Positions 16,972 through 26,603 of a DNA stretch of 45,659 nucleotides are shown one piece after another. The notes under the pieces are model-generated. The model ran no database searches. It was not told the origin of the DNA and saw nothing but the letters and a program-made list of their open reading frames with translations. Origin of the DNA: Bdellovibrionota bacterium. Its GTDB lineage: Bacteria > Bdellovibrionota_C > UBA2361 > JBIKUX01. The stretch's first letter is position 1. The number at the start of each line of letters is the position of its first letter. The stretch is from the NCBI GenBank assembly GCA_044347345.1, contig JBIKUX010000021.1, forward strand, positions 1 to 45,659, read 5' to 3'. Position numbers and translations under genes: made by a program.

Positions 16972-18879
16972 ATGAAAGTGCTCCATTATTTTTCCCTTAT
17001 TTTAGGGGCCGTTAGCGTATTTGCAATTCCTCAATCTTTTGCAGATCCGACAGACGGCAAACAAATGTCTTTTACATTCAAGGTATTAGATGGAGAGCGT
17101 ATTCCAGCAAACTACTCCATCAACAGTTCCATACAGCGCGCCGGAATGACTATAAACGGTCTGGTAGTTCCAAGATCAGCCAACTATTTAGCTGAGTCTT
17201 CAATCAAAAAAGTAATTGGGACTACTATCTGTAAAAAGAGTAAAGGTTCTCGCAATGATAAGCCCAAAAAATTTAACTCTGACAATGGCGGAGTACCTTT
17301 CCGACCAGAGGAAGGTAAATGTGTAATCTCAGGGCACGTCACTCTGTCAGACGGAAGAACAGGAACTTTCAAAGAAAATTTTTCTGGTAAAATTTACAAG
17401 AAAAATAAGAAACAAAAAATAAAACCACCATCTATTTCAATAGTTTCTGGAGACGGATCAATAGTCCCAATAGATAACAAAAATGGAACTAAAGGCTCAG
17501 CCTTTCTCCCTAACCAGTTAGGATTAGCTCTAGATACCGATACTTTCAGACACAAAACTAGTCGGAGGAGCAGATTTTTCACCAACGGCAAACTTTCTGT
17601 AACCATCATTGCTCCCAACGGTTTAGTCTCAGTATCAGAGGTTAATCCATCAGAAGGCTTAGTAAGGCTCGAATCAGGGTCGTTAATGGCTGGAACTTAC
17701 CTAATAAAAGTAACAAACAAAGGCGGTTCAATAGCGCCATTTAGCGAATTTGCTATAACAGTGGTCATACCCCCATGGTTGATAGATCCAACAGTGCCGA
17801 CACCTACTGTAACCCCTACCAGACCAGTAATTTCAAATTTCTACCGAGGGTATGATTTCGGAGGAAAGAGTGCAATTACAATTGAAGGGCAGCAATGGGT
17901 TCCTGAAGGAGAAAACAAACTGACTAATGAATCAGTAACAACTAACGGAACAGTTTTAACTGTCCCAGCGGCCGTGAAACCAAGTCCTGAAGTATCGGGT
18001 AATGTTCTATCTATGCTAAGATCCTTTGTTTGGAGCTATCAGGGCACTTCTGTAACCTGGTCAGGCTTACCAAACGGCACCTACGACGTATTTGTCCATA
18101 TCATGGAAGATAACTTCTCAACTACCTTTGACCTGTTGCTTAACCAAGAGGTCAAACGAACTGGCGTGGTTACTGGAAATGCAGGTTCATGGCAACGAAT
18201 TGGTCCGATGCGTACCAAAATTATTAATGGAGTGATAAAGCTTCAGGCAACAGGTTCCAACGCAAATATTTCTGGAGCAGAGTTGTTTCGGGTTGACGGA
18301 GTTCCAGCAACTCCGACGCCTCCGACGCCGCAACCTCCTCTACCTACCCCGGTTCCGTCACCGTCACCAACGCCAACGCCAACGCCAACGCCAACGCCAA
18401 CACTAATTCCAAGGCTAACACCGACGCCGACGGTTATTTCTACAGCTACACCTGCACCCACAGCTACTAGCACTCCTCGGCCTACAGCGACTAACACGCC
18501 AATGCCAGTAGTGACAAACACACCTAGACCAACTGCAACTGCAACTAAAACTCCGGTTCCTCCAACACCAACTTTACCTATGCCTACGGCAACTCCGACA
18601 CTGTTGCCCAAGGTAACTTACCAGCAGGTTCAAGCAATACTGAACGTGTCATGTCGCAACTGTCATGCAGGGCTTCCACCGGTATGGAACGATAGCGAAG
18701 CATCGTTAATAGCGAACGGCCTTGTAGTAAGAGGTAATCCCGCTCAGTCACCTCTTTATAGAGCACTGAAGGGTAATCCTGAAGGCTACGCACCTGCAAA
18801 TATGCCCTTTATGCAGACAGCATTACCAGCTGCTGATATAGCAAAGATTAAACAATGGATTATCGACTTAAACAGATAA
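16972..18879 (+). CDS. Secreted multidomain protein: malectin/CBM-like beta-sandwich, Pro/Thr linker, C-terminal monoheme c-type cytochrome
   Basis: Signal peptide from ATG 16972 (MKVLHYFSLILGAVSVFAIPQSFA). Beta-rich module FYRGYDFGG..LPNGTYDVFVH..ANISGAELFR. About 100-aa Pro/Thr tract. ILNVSCRNCH (CxxCH)..VVRGNPAQSPL..MP..IKQWI resembles planctomycete-type cytochrome c domains. Confidence 0.75.
   Translation: MKVLHYFSLILGAVSVFAIPQSFADPTDGKQMSFTFKVLDGERIPANYSINSSIQRAGMTINGLVVPRSANYLAESSIKKVIGTTICKKSKGSRNDKPKKFNSDNGGVPFRPEEGKCVISGHVTLSDGRTGTFKENFSGKIYKKNKKQKIKPPSISIVSGDGSIVPIDNKNGTKGSAFLPNQLGLALDTDTFRHKTSRRSRFFTNGKLSVTIIAPNGLVSVSEVNPSEGLVRLESGSLMAGTYLIKVTNKGGSIAPFSEFAITVVIPPWLIDPTVPTPTVTPTRPVISNFYRGYDFGGKSAITIEGQQWVPEGENKLTNESVTTNGTVLTVPAAVKPSPEVSGNVLSMLRSFVWSYQGTSVTWSGLPNGTYDVFVHIMEDNFSTTFDLLLNQEVKRTGVVTGNAGSWQRIGPMRTKIINGVIKLQATGSNANISGAELFRVDGVPATPTPPTPQPPLPTPVPSPSPTPTPTPTPTPTLIPRLTPTPTVISTATPAPTATSTPRPTATNTPMPVVTNTPRPTATATKTPVPPTPTLPMPTATPTLLPKVTYQQVQAILNVSCRNCHAGLPPVWNDSEASLIANGLVVRGNPAQSPLYRALKGNPEGYAPANMPFMQTALPAADIAKIKQWIIDLNR
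18367..18401 (+). repeat. Hexanucleotide microsatellite (CCAACG) x5.8 encoding PT repeats
   Basis: Perfect CCAACG run inside the Pro/Thr linker. Confidence 0.9.
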
Positions 18880-18915
18880 AGGAATCTTAATAAAGGATAA
18901 TCGAGCCTTTTATTG

Positions 18916-18998
18916 AACTCACCTTACTGTATAAAAAATTTCTTACTCTTCAAAAGAGAAAGAAAAAACTAGTACAGTTAGGTGAGTTTATTTTTTTT
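18916..18998 (+). terminator. Extended two-tier hairpin plus T-tract (intrinsic terminator, possibly bidirectional)
   Basis: Outer stem AACTCACCTTACTGTA/TACAGTTAGGTGAGTT (15 of 16 paired) and inner stem TTTCTTACTCTT/AAGAGAAAGAAA (11 of 12 paired), followed by TATTTTTTTT, between convergent genes. Confidence 0.7.
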
Positions 18999-19011
18999 GA
19001 TTTAAGTTAGA

Positions 19012-19953
19012 TCAACTATACCTCTCAATATTTTTTTCAACTTTGTTATCACCTGTTTTATATCGTTGTACTTGTGCTCCAGCCGCTAAAACTCCATTCA
19101 ATACAGTTTGCCCTGGTGGTACTAAAGTAATCGATGTCTTGCCATCAATTAACTTTTGAATCTCTAAAACTTCTAGCAGAGCGGCAAGAACAGAGGGCTC
19201 TTTACCGATAGCTGCCAGAGCTCCTCCGATTACCTTTGGTCGTAGCGCTTGTGCCTTTGCAAACTCGACAGCTGATTTTTTATCAGCAGCACTGGTTATT
19301 AAATTGACTTGATTAGCACCAGCTTGCTTTATTGCAGCAGTGACTTGTCGCAAGCGATTTACTACTTTAGCCTCTATCTGTTTTATCATACCAATATCAC
19401 GGAAATGTACCTTTCGAATGTACACAGAGCCAAGAGAGTAACCCCATTCTTGTGATTGAGGAGATACCTCAGAGCGCACAGCTTGGCTCATTGCGTGCCT
19501 ATCTTCTAACATGGATGCTAAGGGGAGATTACTCAAACACCTTACAACTGCATTACTTACGTTAGCACCTAATGAACCACGCGGATTAGTATTGCGGTAT
19601 AAATATGCAACGGGGTCAGTTATCAACATTTCATACCAGATTCCTATTCCAATAGGTGCCCCTTCTTCTGAATTGACGGGCTGACTCCTTAAGTACTCCT
19701 GATCAATTCTAAGATCGATAACATGACACTTCCCAAAAAATTGTACTAAGAGAGCTTTTATAGGGCCAAGCGATAACCAAAGACAATATAAACCGGCTTC
19801 TTGATATACTCCGATGACTTTACCGAACAACTCATAAACTTTACATTGTCGCTCGTTAACAATAGTAAAAACACCCAAACCCTTTAGAATAAACCTTAAT
19901 AAAGGCTCCAAAAAAAAGCAGGTAAGTAAGGATACACAAAAAGCTGCTATCAT
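19012..19953 (-). CDS. SPFH/band-7 domain membrane protein
   Basis: N-terminal TM, FTIVNER..LFGK, VIDLRID, VNSEEG, ITDPVAY, WGYSLGSVYIRKV, then an Ala-rich coiled coil. ATGA overlap with the upstream paralog. Confidence 0.85.
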   Translation of the reverse strand: MIAAFCVSLLTCFFLEPLLRFILKGLGVFTIVNERQCKVYELFGKVIGVYQEAGLYCLWLSLGPIKALLVQFFGKCHVIDLRIDQEYLRSQPVNSEEGAPIGIGIWYEMLITDPVAYLYRNTNPRGSLGANVSNAVVRCLSNLPLASMLEDRHAMSQAVRSEVSPQSQEWGYSLGSVYIRKVHFRDIGMIKQIEAKVVNRLRQVTAAIKQAGANQVNLITSAADKKSAVEFAKAQALRPKVIGGALAAIGKEPSVLAALLEVLEIQKLIDGKTSITLVPPGQTVLNGVLAAGAQVQRYKTGDNKVEKNIERYS

Positions 19954-20981
19954 TTTGCGTTACTCCATTCAGTAATGATATGTTCAGCCGCTTCAATAAG
20001 ATCTAATCTCCTATTTGCTACATAAGCATCAAGAACTCCGGAACCGCTTTTATGGAGAATTTTAAGCTCTTCTGCTACAGCTAGGAAGGGTTGTACTTCT
20101 GCTTGAACTTTTAATTCTTGAATTTCTACTGCTTGCCTTGATTGAACAATTTTTTGATCCGCTGAAGCCTGAGCAAGACTTATATCCGAAGAAACATGAT
20201 TGTGAGCTGTGTTAATAGCAGCTAAAGCAGATTCAACCTCAGTTGGTGGATCAATTCCAGTAATAAGAGATGCTTCAAAAACGATTCCATATCTTTCAGC
20301 AGCTACACTACATTCTTGATTCATTCTTTCGTTAAGTACCCTTAAATTTTTACGAAGATCGTTGATGGATACTCCTTGAGTAGATAGTACTGACTGCGTA
20401 AACATACCTGACTCAGGATTAGCTTGCTCCCCGCCGTCCTTTAAAGGTGCCTCAAAATTTGCGATTCGCTCGCGTAAAACCGATATAAAATATCCCAGAA
20501 TATGAACATAAGGATTTTTTACACCGAACAAATACGGATAAAGATTATCCTCAGATACCCGAAATCGAATCTGACCGGTCAATCCAGTGTTTAGCTGATC
20601 TTTAGTTACTGCTTCAAGAGTTTGTCCTTGCTTATTTGCCTTAGGATCCTCAGGATCCCAAGCCATACTGACTGTCTGTGTAGCTACAGACACAGTATGA
20701 ACTTTCTGCCAAGGAAACTTAAAATAAAAGCCAGGCTTAATTACCGCCACACTCGGATAACGAATCGCTTCATGGCTTGAGCGCCCATGTTGAGAAGAAG
20801 TCACACTATCAGAGGATGATTGTCGAACATGACTCCGCCTAACTCGTCCAAAAATAGTAATGACAGCTCTCTCAGTTGGATGAACTATAAAAAACAACCC
20901 ATACCGAAGAAAAATAAAAAGTATAATACCCAATAAAACAGCAAACCATTGCGACATCGATAGATATTCAAGCACTTTCAT
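19950..20981 (-). CDS. SPFH/band-7 domain membrane protein (HflK/stomatin-like)
   Basis: N-terminal TM, IVHPTERAVITIFGR, PGFYFKFPW, AVTKDQ, RYGIVFEASLITGIDPP and a coiled-coil tail. Confidence 0.85.
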   Translation of the reverse strand: MKVLEYLSMSQWFAVLLGIILFIFLRYGLFFIVHPTERAVITIFGRVRRSHVRQSSSDSVTSSQHGRSSHEAIRYPSVAVIKPGFYFKFPWQKVHTVSVATQTVSMAWDPEDPKANKQGQTLEAVTKDQLNTGLTGQIRFRVSEDNLYPYLFGVKNPYVHILGYFISVLRERIANFEAPLKDGGEQANPESGMFTQSVLSTQGVSINDLRKNLRVLNERMNQECSVAAERYGIVFEASLITGIDPPTEVESALAAINTAHNHVSSDISLAQASADQKIVQSRQAVEIQELKVQAEVQPFLAVAEELKILHKSGSGVLDAYVANRRLDLIEAAEHIITEWSNAK

Positions 20982-21013
20982 AAAGCTATCCTCAGATTCT
21001 AAATGAACTATGT

Positions 21014-22345
21014 CTATAAGGGGTTAAGTTCTTTTTTTACTAATCGCCTTATTGTGCCAAACAATGACGGGTCTAATAATAATCCGTTCCTTACTATTCG
21101 CAACATAAAAATGTTACGCGCTATATTCGCCAACGCTGTCGCTATTGCTGCGCCTTCCATACCAAAAATAGGTATAAGAAACACGGCAAGACTAATATTG
21201 AGTAAAGCTGCGCCAACAAATCCGATTGCACACGTCCGTTCGTTACCACTTACCTGTAAAATCCATCCAACAGCTCCAGTACCAACATTTATTAATTCTC
21301 CAGCGGCGACAATAAGAAATGGTAGGTAAGCTGAAGAAAAAGAAGTCCCAAAAAAAGACAATATCAGTGGTGCACTAAAGGCGAGTAGGATAGCTATGAG
21401 CAGCGACGGTATAAAAACCCACAAAGTGTATCCCGTCATTAGTCGGTCAAGTTCATGAACATCATTTTTTGCGATGAGAGTTGCGTATAATGGCCCCCCA
21501 ATCGCATTGCCAGCTATTAGCGGAAATAATATCCACGCATTCATTGCTACTGCTACTGCGTATACTCCAGCACACTCCTTATTTAAAAATGCTGCAATTA
21601 GTAATATATCAATATGTCTTAATACTCTGTATGAAGCAGATACAAATAACAGAGGGAGGGAGCCTTTTATCCATTTTCTCCATTGGTATTCGTGATCAAT
21701 CATCGGACTTGAAAAACTTACCTTTTGACATTTACATCTTAAAATTATTCCCTGTAGGAAAGTTACTACGGCAAGAGACGCTAAGAGAATTAACACTCCT
21801 ACCTCTGATGTCCTAAGAGATGGTGGAATTAATAGAAATATCAAAATAACTAAAAGACCCCAGAACAAATAACGAGGACTGAGCGCCAGAATCATTTCAT
21901 GTTGAACTCTAGCGAGACTCTCTTGCAGGCTCAGAACTACTATTAAGAGAGTTCCACATGCCAAACCGATAACATCAAGCCGTGAAGTGGAGTAGGTATC
22001 GCTAAAAAAATCTACAGCCTCAGCTAAGGGGATAGTGGAGATCCCTCCCAAAAAACCAGCTACAAAAGAAGCTCGCCAAAAACCTTTAATTACTCCTTTT
22101 GCTAATCCCCACTCTTGCCTCGCTTCATAATAAGGCAGAAACCTTATTAGGGCATTGGGGAGACCAAGGCAAACTATTGAGCCCAAAACAAGTACGCCAG
22201 ACCTAAGCACTTCAATTCTGCCAAGTCCATCAGCCCCAATCCATTTTACTAAAAAGAATCCAAGCAAAATATTCGTCAATTCTCCTATGGCTGTGATAAG
22301 CAAAGCGGTAAATGTTCCATTACGAAATGTGGTGGTAAGTTTCAT
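21014..22345 (-). CDS. Oligosaccharide flippase (Wzx/MOP superfamily)
   Basis: About 12 TM segments; LGLPNALIRF, DILLIAAFL..AGVYAVA, LLNISL..LIPIFGMEGAAIATALA motifs. Confidence 0.85.
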   Translation of the reverse strand: MKLTTTFRNGTFTALLITAIGELTNILLGFFLVKWIGADGLGRIEVLRSGVLVLGSIVCLGLPNALIRFLPYYEARQEWGLAKGVIKGFWRASFVAGFLGGISTIPLAEAVDFFSDTYSTSRLDVIGLACGTLLIVVLSLQESLARVQHEMILALSPRYLFWGLLVILIFLLIPPSLRTSEVGVLILLASLAVVTFLQGIILRCKCQKVSFSSPMIDHEYQWRKWIKGSLPLLFVSASYRVLRHIDILLIAAFLNKECAGVYAVAVAMNAWILFPLIAGNAIGGPLYATLIAKNDVHELDRLMTGYTLWVFIPSLLIAILLAFSAPLILSFFGTSFSSAYLPFLIVAAGELINVGTGAVGWILQVSGNERTCAIGFVGAALLNISLAVFLIPIFGMEGAAIATALANIARNIFMLRIVRNGLLLDPSLFGTIRRLVKKELNPL

Positions 22346-22475
22346 CGTAAATCAATATCTTAAAAATTATTTGCACTACCATCACCTTTCTAAAAGATTC
22401 TCTTAAATTTTATCCGGAAAGAAGCATAGTCCTAAATCTTGAGGACTAGAAAGAGGAAGAATAAGTAAAATCTTT

Positions 22476-23009
22476 GTGCAGACACATACTTTCATGATAC
22501 ACAAAAGACAAAAAAAGTTTGGCTCTTCGCCTCTAATTGGACTAAGAGCATTAAATTTGCTGCTCTGGTCAATGATTTTTTGCAGTAATGCCCATGCGCT
22601 TAATCTAATATGCGACGACAATGGCTTAATAGAGGCTTTTTCTCAAGCTTACGCAAAAGAACTTAAATCTTGGGCTCTCGCTGACCCATCTATTTCAGCA
22701 GTTGTAAGTGAACCACAGCTGGTCATAAATGTTATAGATAGAGATGAACCCATTCCTTTCCCGAAACATGCACCACTTTATACGCTTTTTGACTCCGCTA
22801 TCGGTGGCGGAGGAGAGCTTGTCTTATTTGAGAAGCTTATAAATCCAATCGAGTGTTTCTTAACCGTGGAAATAAAAATAGCAGAAATATCCAAAGAAAT
22901 TTCTGCAAATAAACCTTATATTACAAAGATAAAAGGAAGCTACCGACTACCACCTAAGCTCAAAAATCGTAGTCAGAGCAATAGTAGGAAACGAAAGCGA
23001 ATGACCTAA
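22476..23009 (+). CDS. Hypothetical exported protein
   Basis: 177-aa ORF with a signal-like segment (LNLLLWSMIFCSNAHA) and a basic C-terminal tail. Start uncertain (GTG 22476 or ATG 22494). Confidence 0.5.
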   Translation: MQTHTFMIHKRQKKFGSSPLIGLRALNLLLWSMIFCSNAHALNLICDDNGLIEAFSQAYAKELKSWALADPSISAVVSEPQLVINVIDRDEPIPFPKHAPLYTLFDSAIGGGGELVLFEKLINPIECFLTVEIKIAEISKEISANKPYITKIKGSYRLPPKLKNRSQSNSRKRKRMT

Positions 23010-23136
23010 AGCTCGTTAAATGGTTCTGCTAACCCATAATCTGAGTACTGTTTCCTCTTAAAACCATTCCCACCTGGCGTAAGTAACGATAAACTAAAGA
23101 TTGAGTTTTTCAACTTTTACTTTGTTAGGGTAAACA

Positions 23137-23943
23137 ATGCCAGTTAGAAAATTCTTGCTTAACCTCTGCGGACAAGTTGTAGCTATTCCATGGTTATTGG
23201 TTTTTTTTTGCTCAGGATGCTCTCTCCCACCTCACAAGGCAGACACGCAGTTAGTTGATGACATTACTGCGCGGATAGAACGTGAAGCTACCTTCAGTAA
23301 AAAACTAAGGGTATCAGCTGAACATGGTAAGGTTGTAGTATCTGGGCTAGTTAGCTCCACCAGTCAAGCAGAATATTTAACTCATATTCTCTCTGAAATA
23401 CAGGGCGTAAAATCAATTGAGAGCAATGTAGTAGTTGACCCTTTAGAAGCAGCTCATCATCAAATTAAAGACTCTGAGCGCACTGCTTTATCTATCACCT
23501 CGAAAAATCATAAATTAAGTGTAAGCGAGAATTTACTTCACAATATTCGTGATAAGATTAAGGAAGAGACAGACTCAGGAAAATACAACATACTTATTGA
23601 GTCCTCGGAAGGTAAAATACTGCTATCGGGTGAGGTAGAAAATGGTGGGACGGCGCAAGAGATCTTAGATGTTGCGGAAAATGTGGCAAAAAATGTAGAA
23701 GTTCGAAGCCTCATATCTATAAAAAAAGTACCTGACAATGTAATACGCAATCAGGTCAGTAGTCTTTTGTCAGAATTTCCTCCCAGTGCTATACAGGGTT
23801 TATCTTTTACAGTAGACCAGGGAGTTGTTACTTATTTTGGTGAAGTTAACAACCATGAGCATATTGATGCTGTACTATCACAGACTTTGATGATTAACGG
23901 CGTTAATGCGGCAAATAGTTCAGTTTCATATCCAAAAAAATAG
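23137..23943 (+). CDS. BON-domain (OsmY-like) lipoprotein, about 3 BON domains
   Basis: Lipobox-like FFCSGC; repeats V.AEHGKVVVSGLV..GVKSIESNV, EGKILLSGEV, DQGVVTYFGEV..GVNA. Confidence 0.85.
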   Translation: MPVRKFLLNLCGQVVAIPWLLVFFCSGCSLPPHKADTQLVDDITARIEREATFSKKLRVSAEHGKVVVSGLVSSTSQAEYLTHILSEIQGVKSIESNVVVDPLEAAHHQIKDSERTALSITSKNHKLSVSENLLHNIRDKIKEETDSGKYNILIESSEGKILLSGEVENGGTAQEILDVAENVAKNVEVRSLISIKKVPDNVIRNQVSSLLSEFPPSAIQGLSFTVDQGVVTYFGEVNNHEHIDAVLSQTLMINGVNAANSSVSYPKK

Positions 23944-23973
23944 CCATTTGGTATTTTTGTAGCGGGAGCCGTC

Positions 23974-25287
23974 ATGAGTAATTCTCAGAACAACCGAAAT
24001 CCACAGGTAATGACCGGAGTTTTCGTATTTTTAGTAGCTACAGCTATTATTTATGGGGCTAAAGCTGGGACTTTAAAATTTGTTAATAAGGCTACATTTG
24101 ATTCTGCTAAAGACGGCGCTACCTTAGCTATTCAGCTAATCGGAGTGATGGCTTTTTTTCTTGGTCTTATGCGAGTCTTAGAAGTTGGGGGTCTCATGCG
24201 ATGGCTTGCAAACGCATTAACTCCAATCGCCCGTAAACTATTTCCTGATGTTCCTGCTGGGCATCCTGCTATGGGCGCTATACTGTTGAACATATCAGCA
24301 AATATGCTGGGGCTTGGCAATGCGGCTACTCCGTTTGGCCTCAAGGCAATGGGTGAGCTGGCAAAATTATCTAACAGACCCGGAGTAGCTACGAACTCCA
24401 TGTGTATGTTTCTTGCGATAAATACTTCAAGTGTTACCTTGTTGCCACTCGGCGTTATAGGTGTTAGAGCTGCGGCTGGAGCAATCGATCCAACAGCTAT
24501 ATTTATTCCGTCACTTCTTGCCACTACGTGTTCAACAGCTGTAGCGATTATCTTGGGGTTAATATTTGCTCATTTCAGTAAAGATTCTATAGTGGTTCCT
24601 TCAATTGATCGCGTCACAAAAACTGCAGAACTATCCTCCGATAAACATTCATTAGTGAGTTCTTCACTTGGAAAATTTATCGGGCTTCTTCTTCCTTCTA
24701 TATTACTAATTATATTTGTTGTGAGGACGATATCTTCACCTCAACCACTACAATTTTTTTCAGGAGAATTTTGTCAAGACTGGTTTTTACCAACTTTACT
24801 CGTATCAATTATCGCTTTTGGTTTATATAGGGGAGTAAATATATATGAGGAAATTACCGAAGGAGCAAAAGAAGGGTTTCAGGTAGCTATACGAATTATC
24901 CCATTTTTAGTCACAATACTTGTAGCTATTGGTATTTTCCGAGCATCAGGATTATTAGATGTTATAATTCAAGAAATTTCGCCATTTACTTCTTTGGTTG
25001 GATTACCCGCAGAAACTCTTCCAGTTGCTTTGATAAGACCATTAAGCGGTAGCGGTTCCTTTGCGGTTATGAGCGCATTAATCTACCAAGATCCCAACTC
25101 CTACGCCTCTTATGTCGCCTCAGTTATGCAAGGAAGCACTGAAACAACCTTTTATGTACTTGCTGTTTACTTTGGATCAATAGGAATTACTCGAATAAGG
25201 TATACTTTATTTATTGCACTTGTTGCTGATATTGTTGGACTACTATCCTCTTGCTGGTGGAGTGCTCTTTTCTATACAGCACCTTAA
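23974..25287 (+). CDS. Fused SpmA/SpmB nucleoside-recognition (Gate) membrane protein
   Basis: LFPDVPAGHPA, ANMLGLGNAATPFGLKAM, FLAINTSS (SpmA); GAKEGF, RPLSGSGS, GSTETTFYVLAVYFGS (SpmB). Confidence 0.92.
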   Translation: MSNSQNNRNPQVMTGVFVFLVATAIIYGAKAGTLKFVNKATFDSAKDGATLAIQLIGVMAFFLGLMRVLEVGGLMRWLANALTPIARKLFPDVPAGHPAMGAILLNISANMLGLGNAATPFGLKAMGELAKLSNRPGVATNSMCMFLAINTSSVTLLPLGVIGVRAAAGAIDPTAIFIPSLLATTCSTAVAIILGLIFAHFSKDSIVVPSIDRVTKTAELSSDKHSLVSSSLGKFIGLLLPSILLIIFVVRTISSPQPLQFFSGEFCQDWFLPTLLVSIIAFGLYRGVNIYEEITEGAKEGFQVAIRIIPFLVTILVAIGIFRASGLLDVIIQEISPFTSLVGLPAETLPVALIRPLSGSGSFAVMSALIYQDPNSYASYVASVMQGSTETTFYVLAVYFGSIGITRIRYTLFIALVADIVGLLSSCWWSALFYTAP

Positions 25288-25325
25288 CGAGTAAATGAAA
25301 TATTTTTTGGTTTATGCACCATCAG

Positions 25326-26603
25326 TCAATCATTAGTCAGCTTATATTTTACATCTTCAGGCATAGCTAACCATTCACGCTCGACAGATTCGGCTAAAGC
25401 AGAAAATAGTGGATCGCACTCTGAAAGAAGTGCAGTGTTACCATCGTCTCGTATTACATGAAGCATTCCTTTAGATACTCTCTCAGCTACCGAACGAGTC
25501 TTTACGATATGAAGGTAATACTTTGGATCATATCCTAGAGATGTACTGATTTTTTGAGCTGTTTCTAAAAGATCCTCTCGCTGTTTAGGTTCTGATGGTA
25601 GCCTAACAGTTTTTAATAATCGTCTGTTAAGTAAGCGCTCAGCAAGGTCCGCTAACACTATATCTTTGGAGCTTTGCCATCTAAAAAGATGATATCTCCA
25701 CCATGGTTCGCGCATGGCAAAAATCATATCCAAAGATAGCTCAGAAGAAGATGATACTGAGAGAACACTATCCATAGTTTCGTCAGACCAACGTAAGTCT
25801 CTCTCTACCGACTTAGCACGGTCCACCACAGCGCACATAAGAGCATCTGCGGCGAGCAGTACTCGATGTTGATATAGTTGTCGATACATAGCATGACGAG
25901 AAACAGCAAAGTGCATCATTGCATCAAGACGATTTTCACGAAGCGCTAAGTGTCCAAACTCATCTATTGTAAGGGACTCAATAATTGCTTCAATATTATA
26001 CTTACCATAAGCTACTCCAGCCATAACACTGTCAGCAACACACCAATTACCTCTATCTACATTCCATCCTCCTCCACTGATACACTCCCAAGTCCAAGCA
26101 GGAAGTAAATCATCATGCTTTAAAATTTTCACAATTATTTCGATCATCTCGTCAGTTAATTTCGGCACCTCATGTTTTATTCCCGCGCTATCTAAGATAA
26201 TTTTTTCAGATAAAATTTCGTGAGAATCGTCTTCGTTTGGAAACCAAGCCCTAAAAGCTAAGTGAGATCCAGGAGCAAGATGCCCGATATCATGAAGTAA
26301 CGCCGCTATGGTTACCATAGGCCAGTAATATCTAACCTCATCTTGTCGTGCCAGCGAAATATCACTTTTAGAGAGTAAATTTCGCATTGTCAGATCTGCC
26401 AAATAGCCTACTCCTAAAGAATGACCAAATCTTGAATGTTCAGAGAACATATAAACTAAGCGGGTATTGGCAGTTTGGTGAATTTCTCGTAGTCGCTGCA
26501 TCCATGATGAATTTATTAGAGCAATAATTAAATCAAAGGCTGGATGATCAGATGAAAAAGAGAGTGCCTGAACAACTACATCAGCAAAAGTCACTCTCTT
26601 CAT
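25326..26603 (-). CDS. HD-domain phosphohydrolase (SAMHD1/YdhJ-like dNTP triphosphohydrolase family)
   Basis: MQRLREIHQ, HSRFGHSLGV, ALLHDIGH, SHE, VDR, MYRQLYQH, RLLNRRLLK. Confidence 0.88.
   Translation of the reverse strand: MKRVTFADVVVQALSFSSDHPAFDLIIALINSSWMQRLREIHQTANTRLVYMFSEHSRFGHSLGVGYLADLTMRNLLSKSDISLARQDEVRYYWPMVTIAALLHDIGHLAPGSHLAFRAWFPNEDDSHEILSEKIILDSAGIKHEVPKLTDEMIEIIVKILKHDDLLPAWTWECISGGGWNVDRGNWCVADSVMAGVAYGKYNIEAIIESLTIDEFGHLALRENRLDAMMHFAVSRHAMYRQLYQHRVLLAADALMCAVVDRAKSVERDLRWSDETMDSVLSVSSSSELSLDMIFAMREPWWRYHLFRWQSSKDIVLADLAERLLNRRLLKTVRLPSEPKQREDLLETAQKISTSLGYDPKYYLHIVKTRSVAERVSKGMLHVIRDDGNTALLSECDPLFSALAESVEREWLAMPEDVKYKLTND

Noticed and set aside
18300-18600. Repeat-rich tract as a CRISPR array or mobile element
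   Set aside because: It is low-complexity coding sequence with no repeat-spacer periodicity and no cas genes.
18243-18611. 122-aa Gly/Val-rich minus-strand ORF
   Set aside because: It is the antisense shadow of the Pro/Thr linker codons.
21003-22621. Short ORFs antisense to or overlapping the flippase and the next gene (21003..21329, 21474..21695, 21481..21816, 22155..22406, 22403..22621)
   Set aside because: These are shadow ORFs of better-supported genes. The same applies to the other 60-130 aa ORFs nested in long CDSs across the window.
23974-25287. Inferring sporulation from spmA/spmB
   Set aside because: SpmAB fusions are widespread in non-sporulating bacteria and no other sporulation genes are present.
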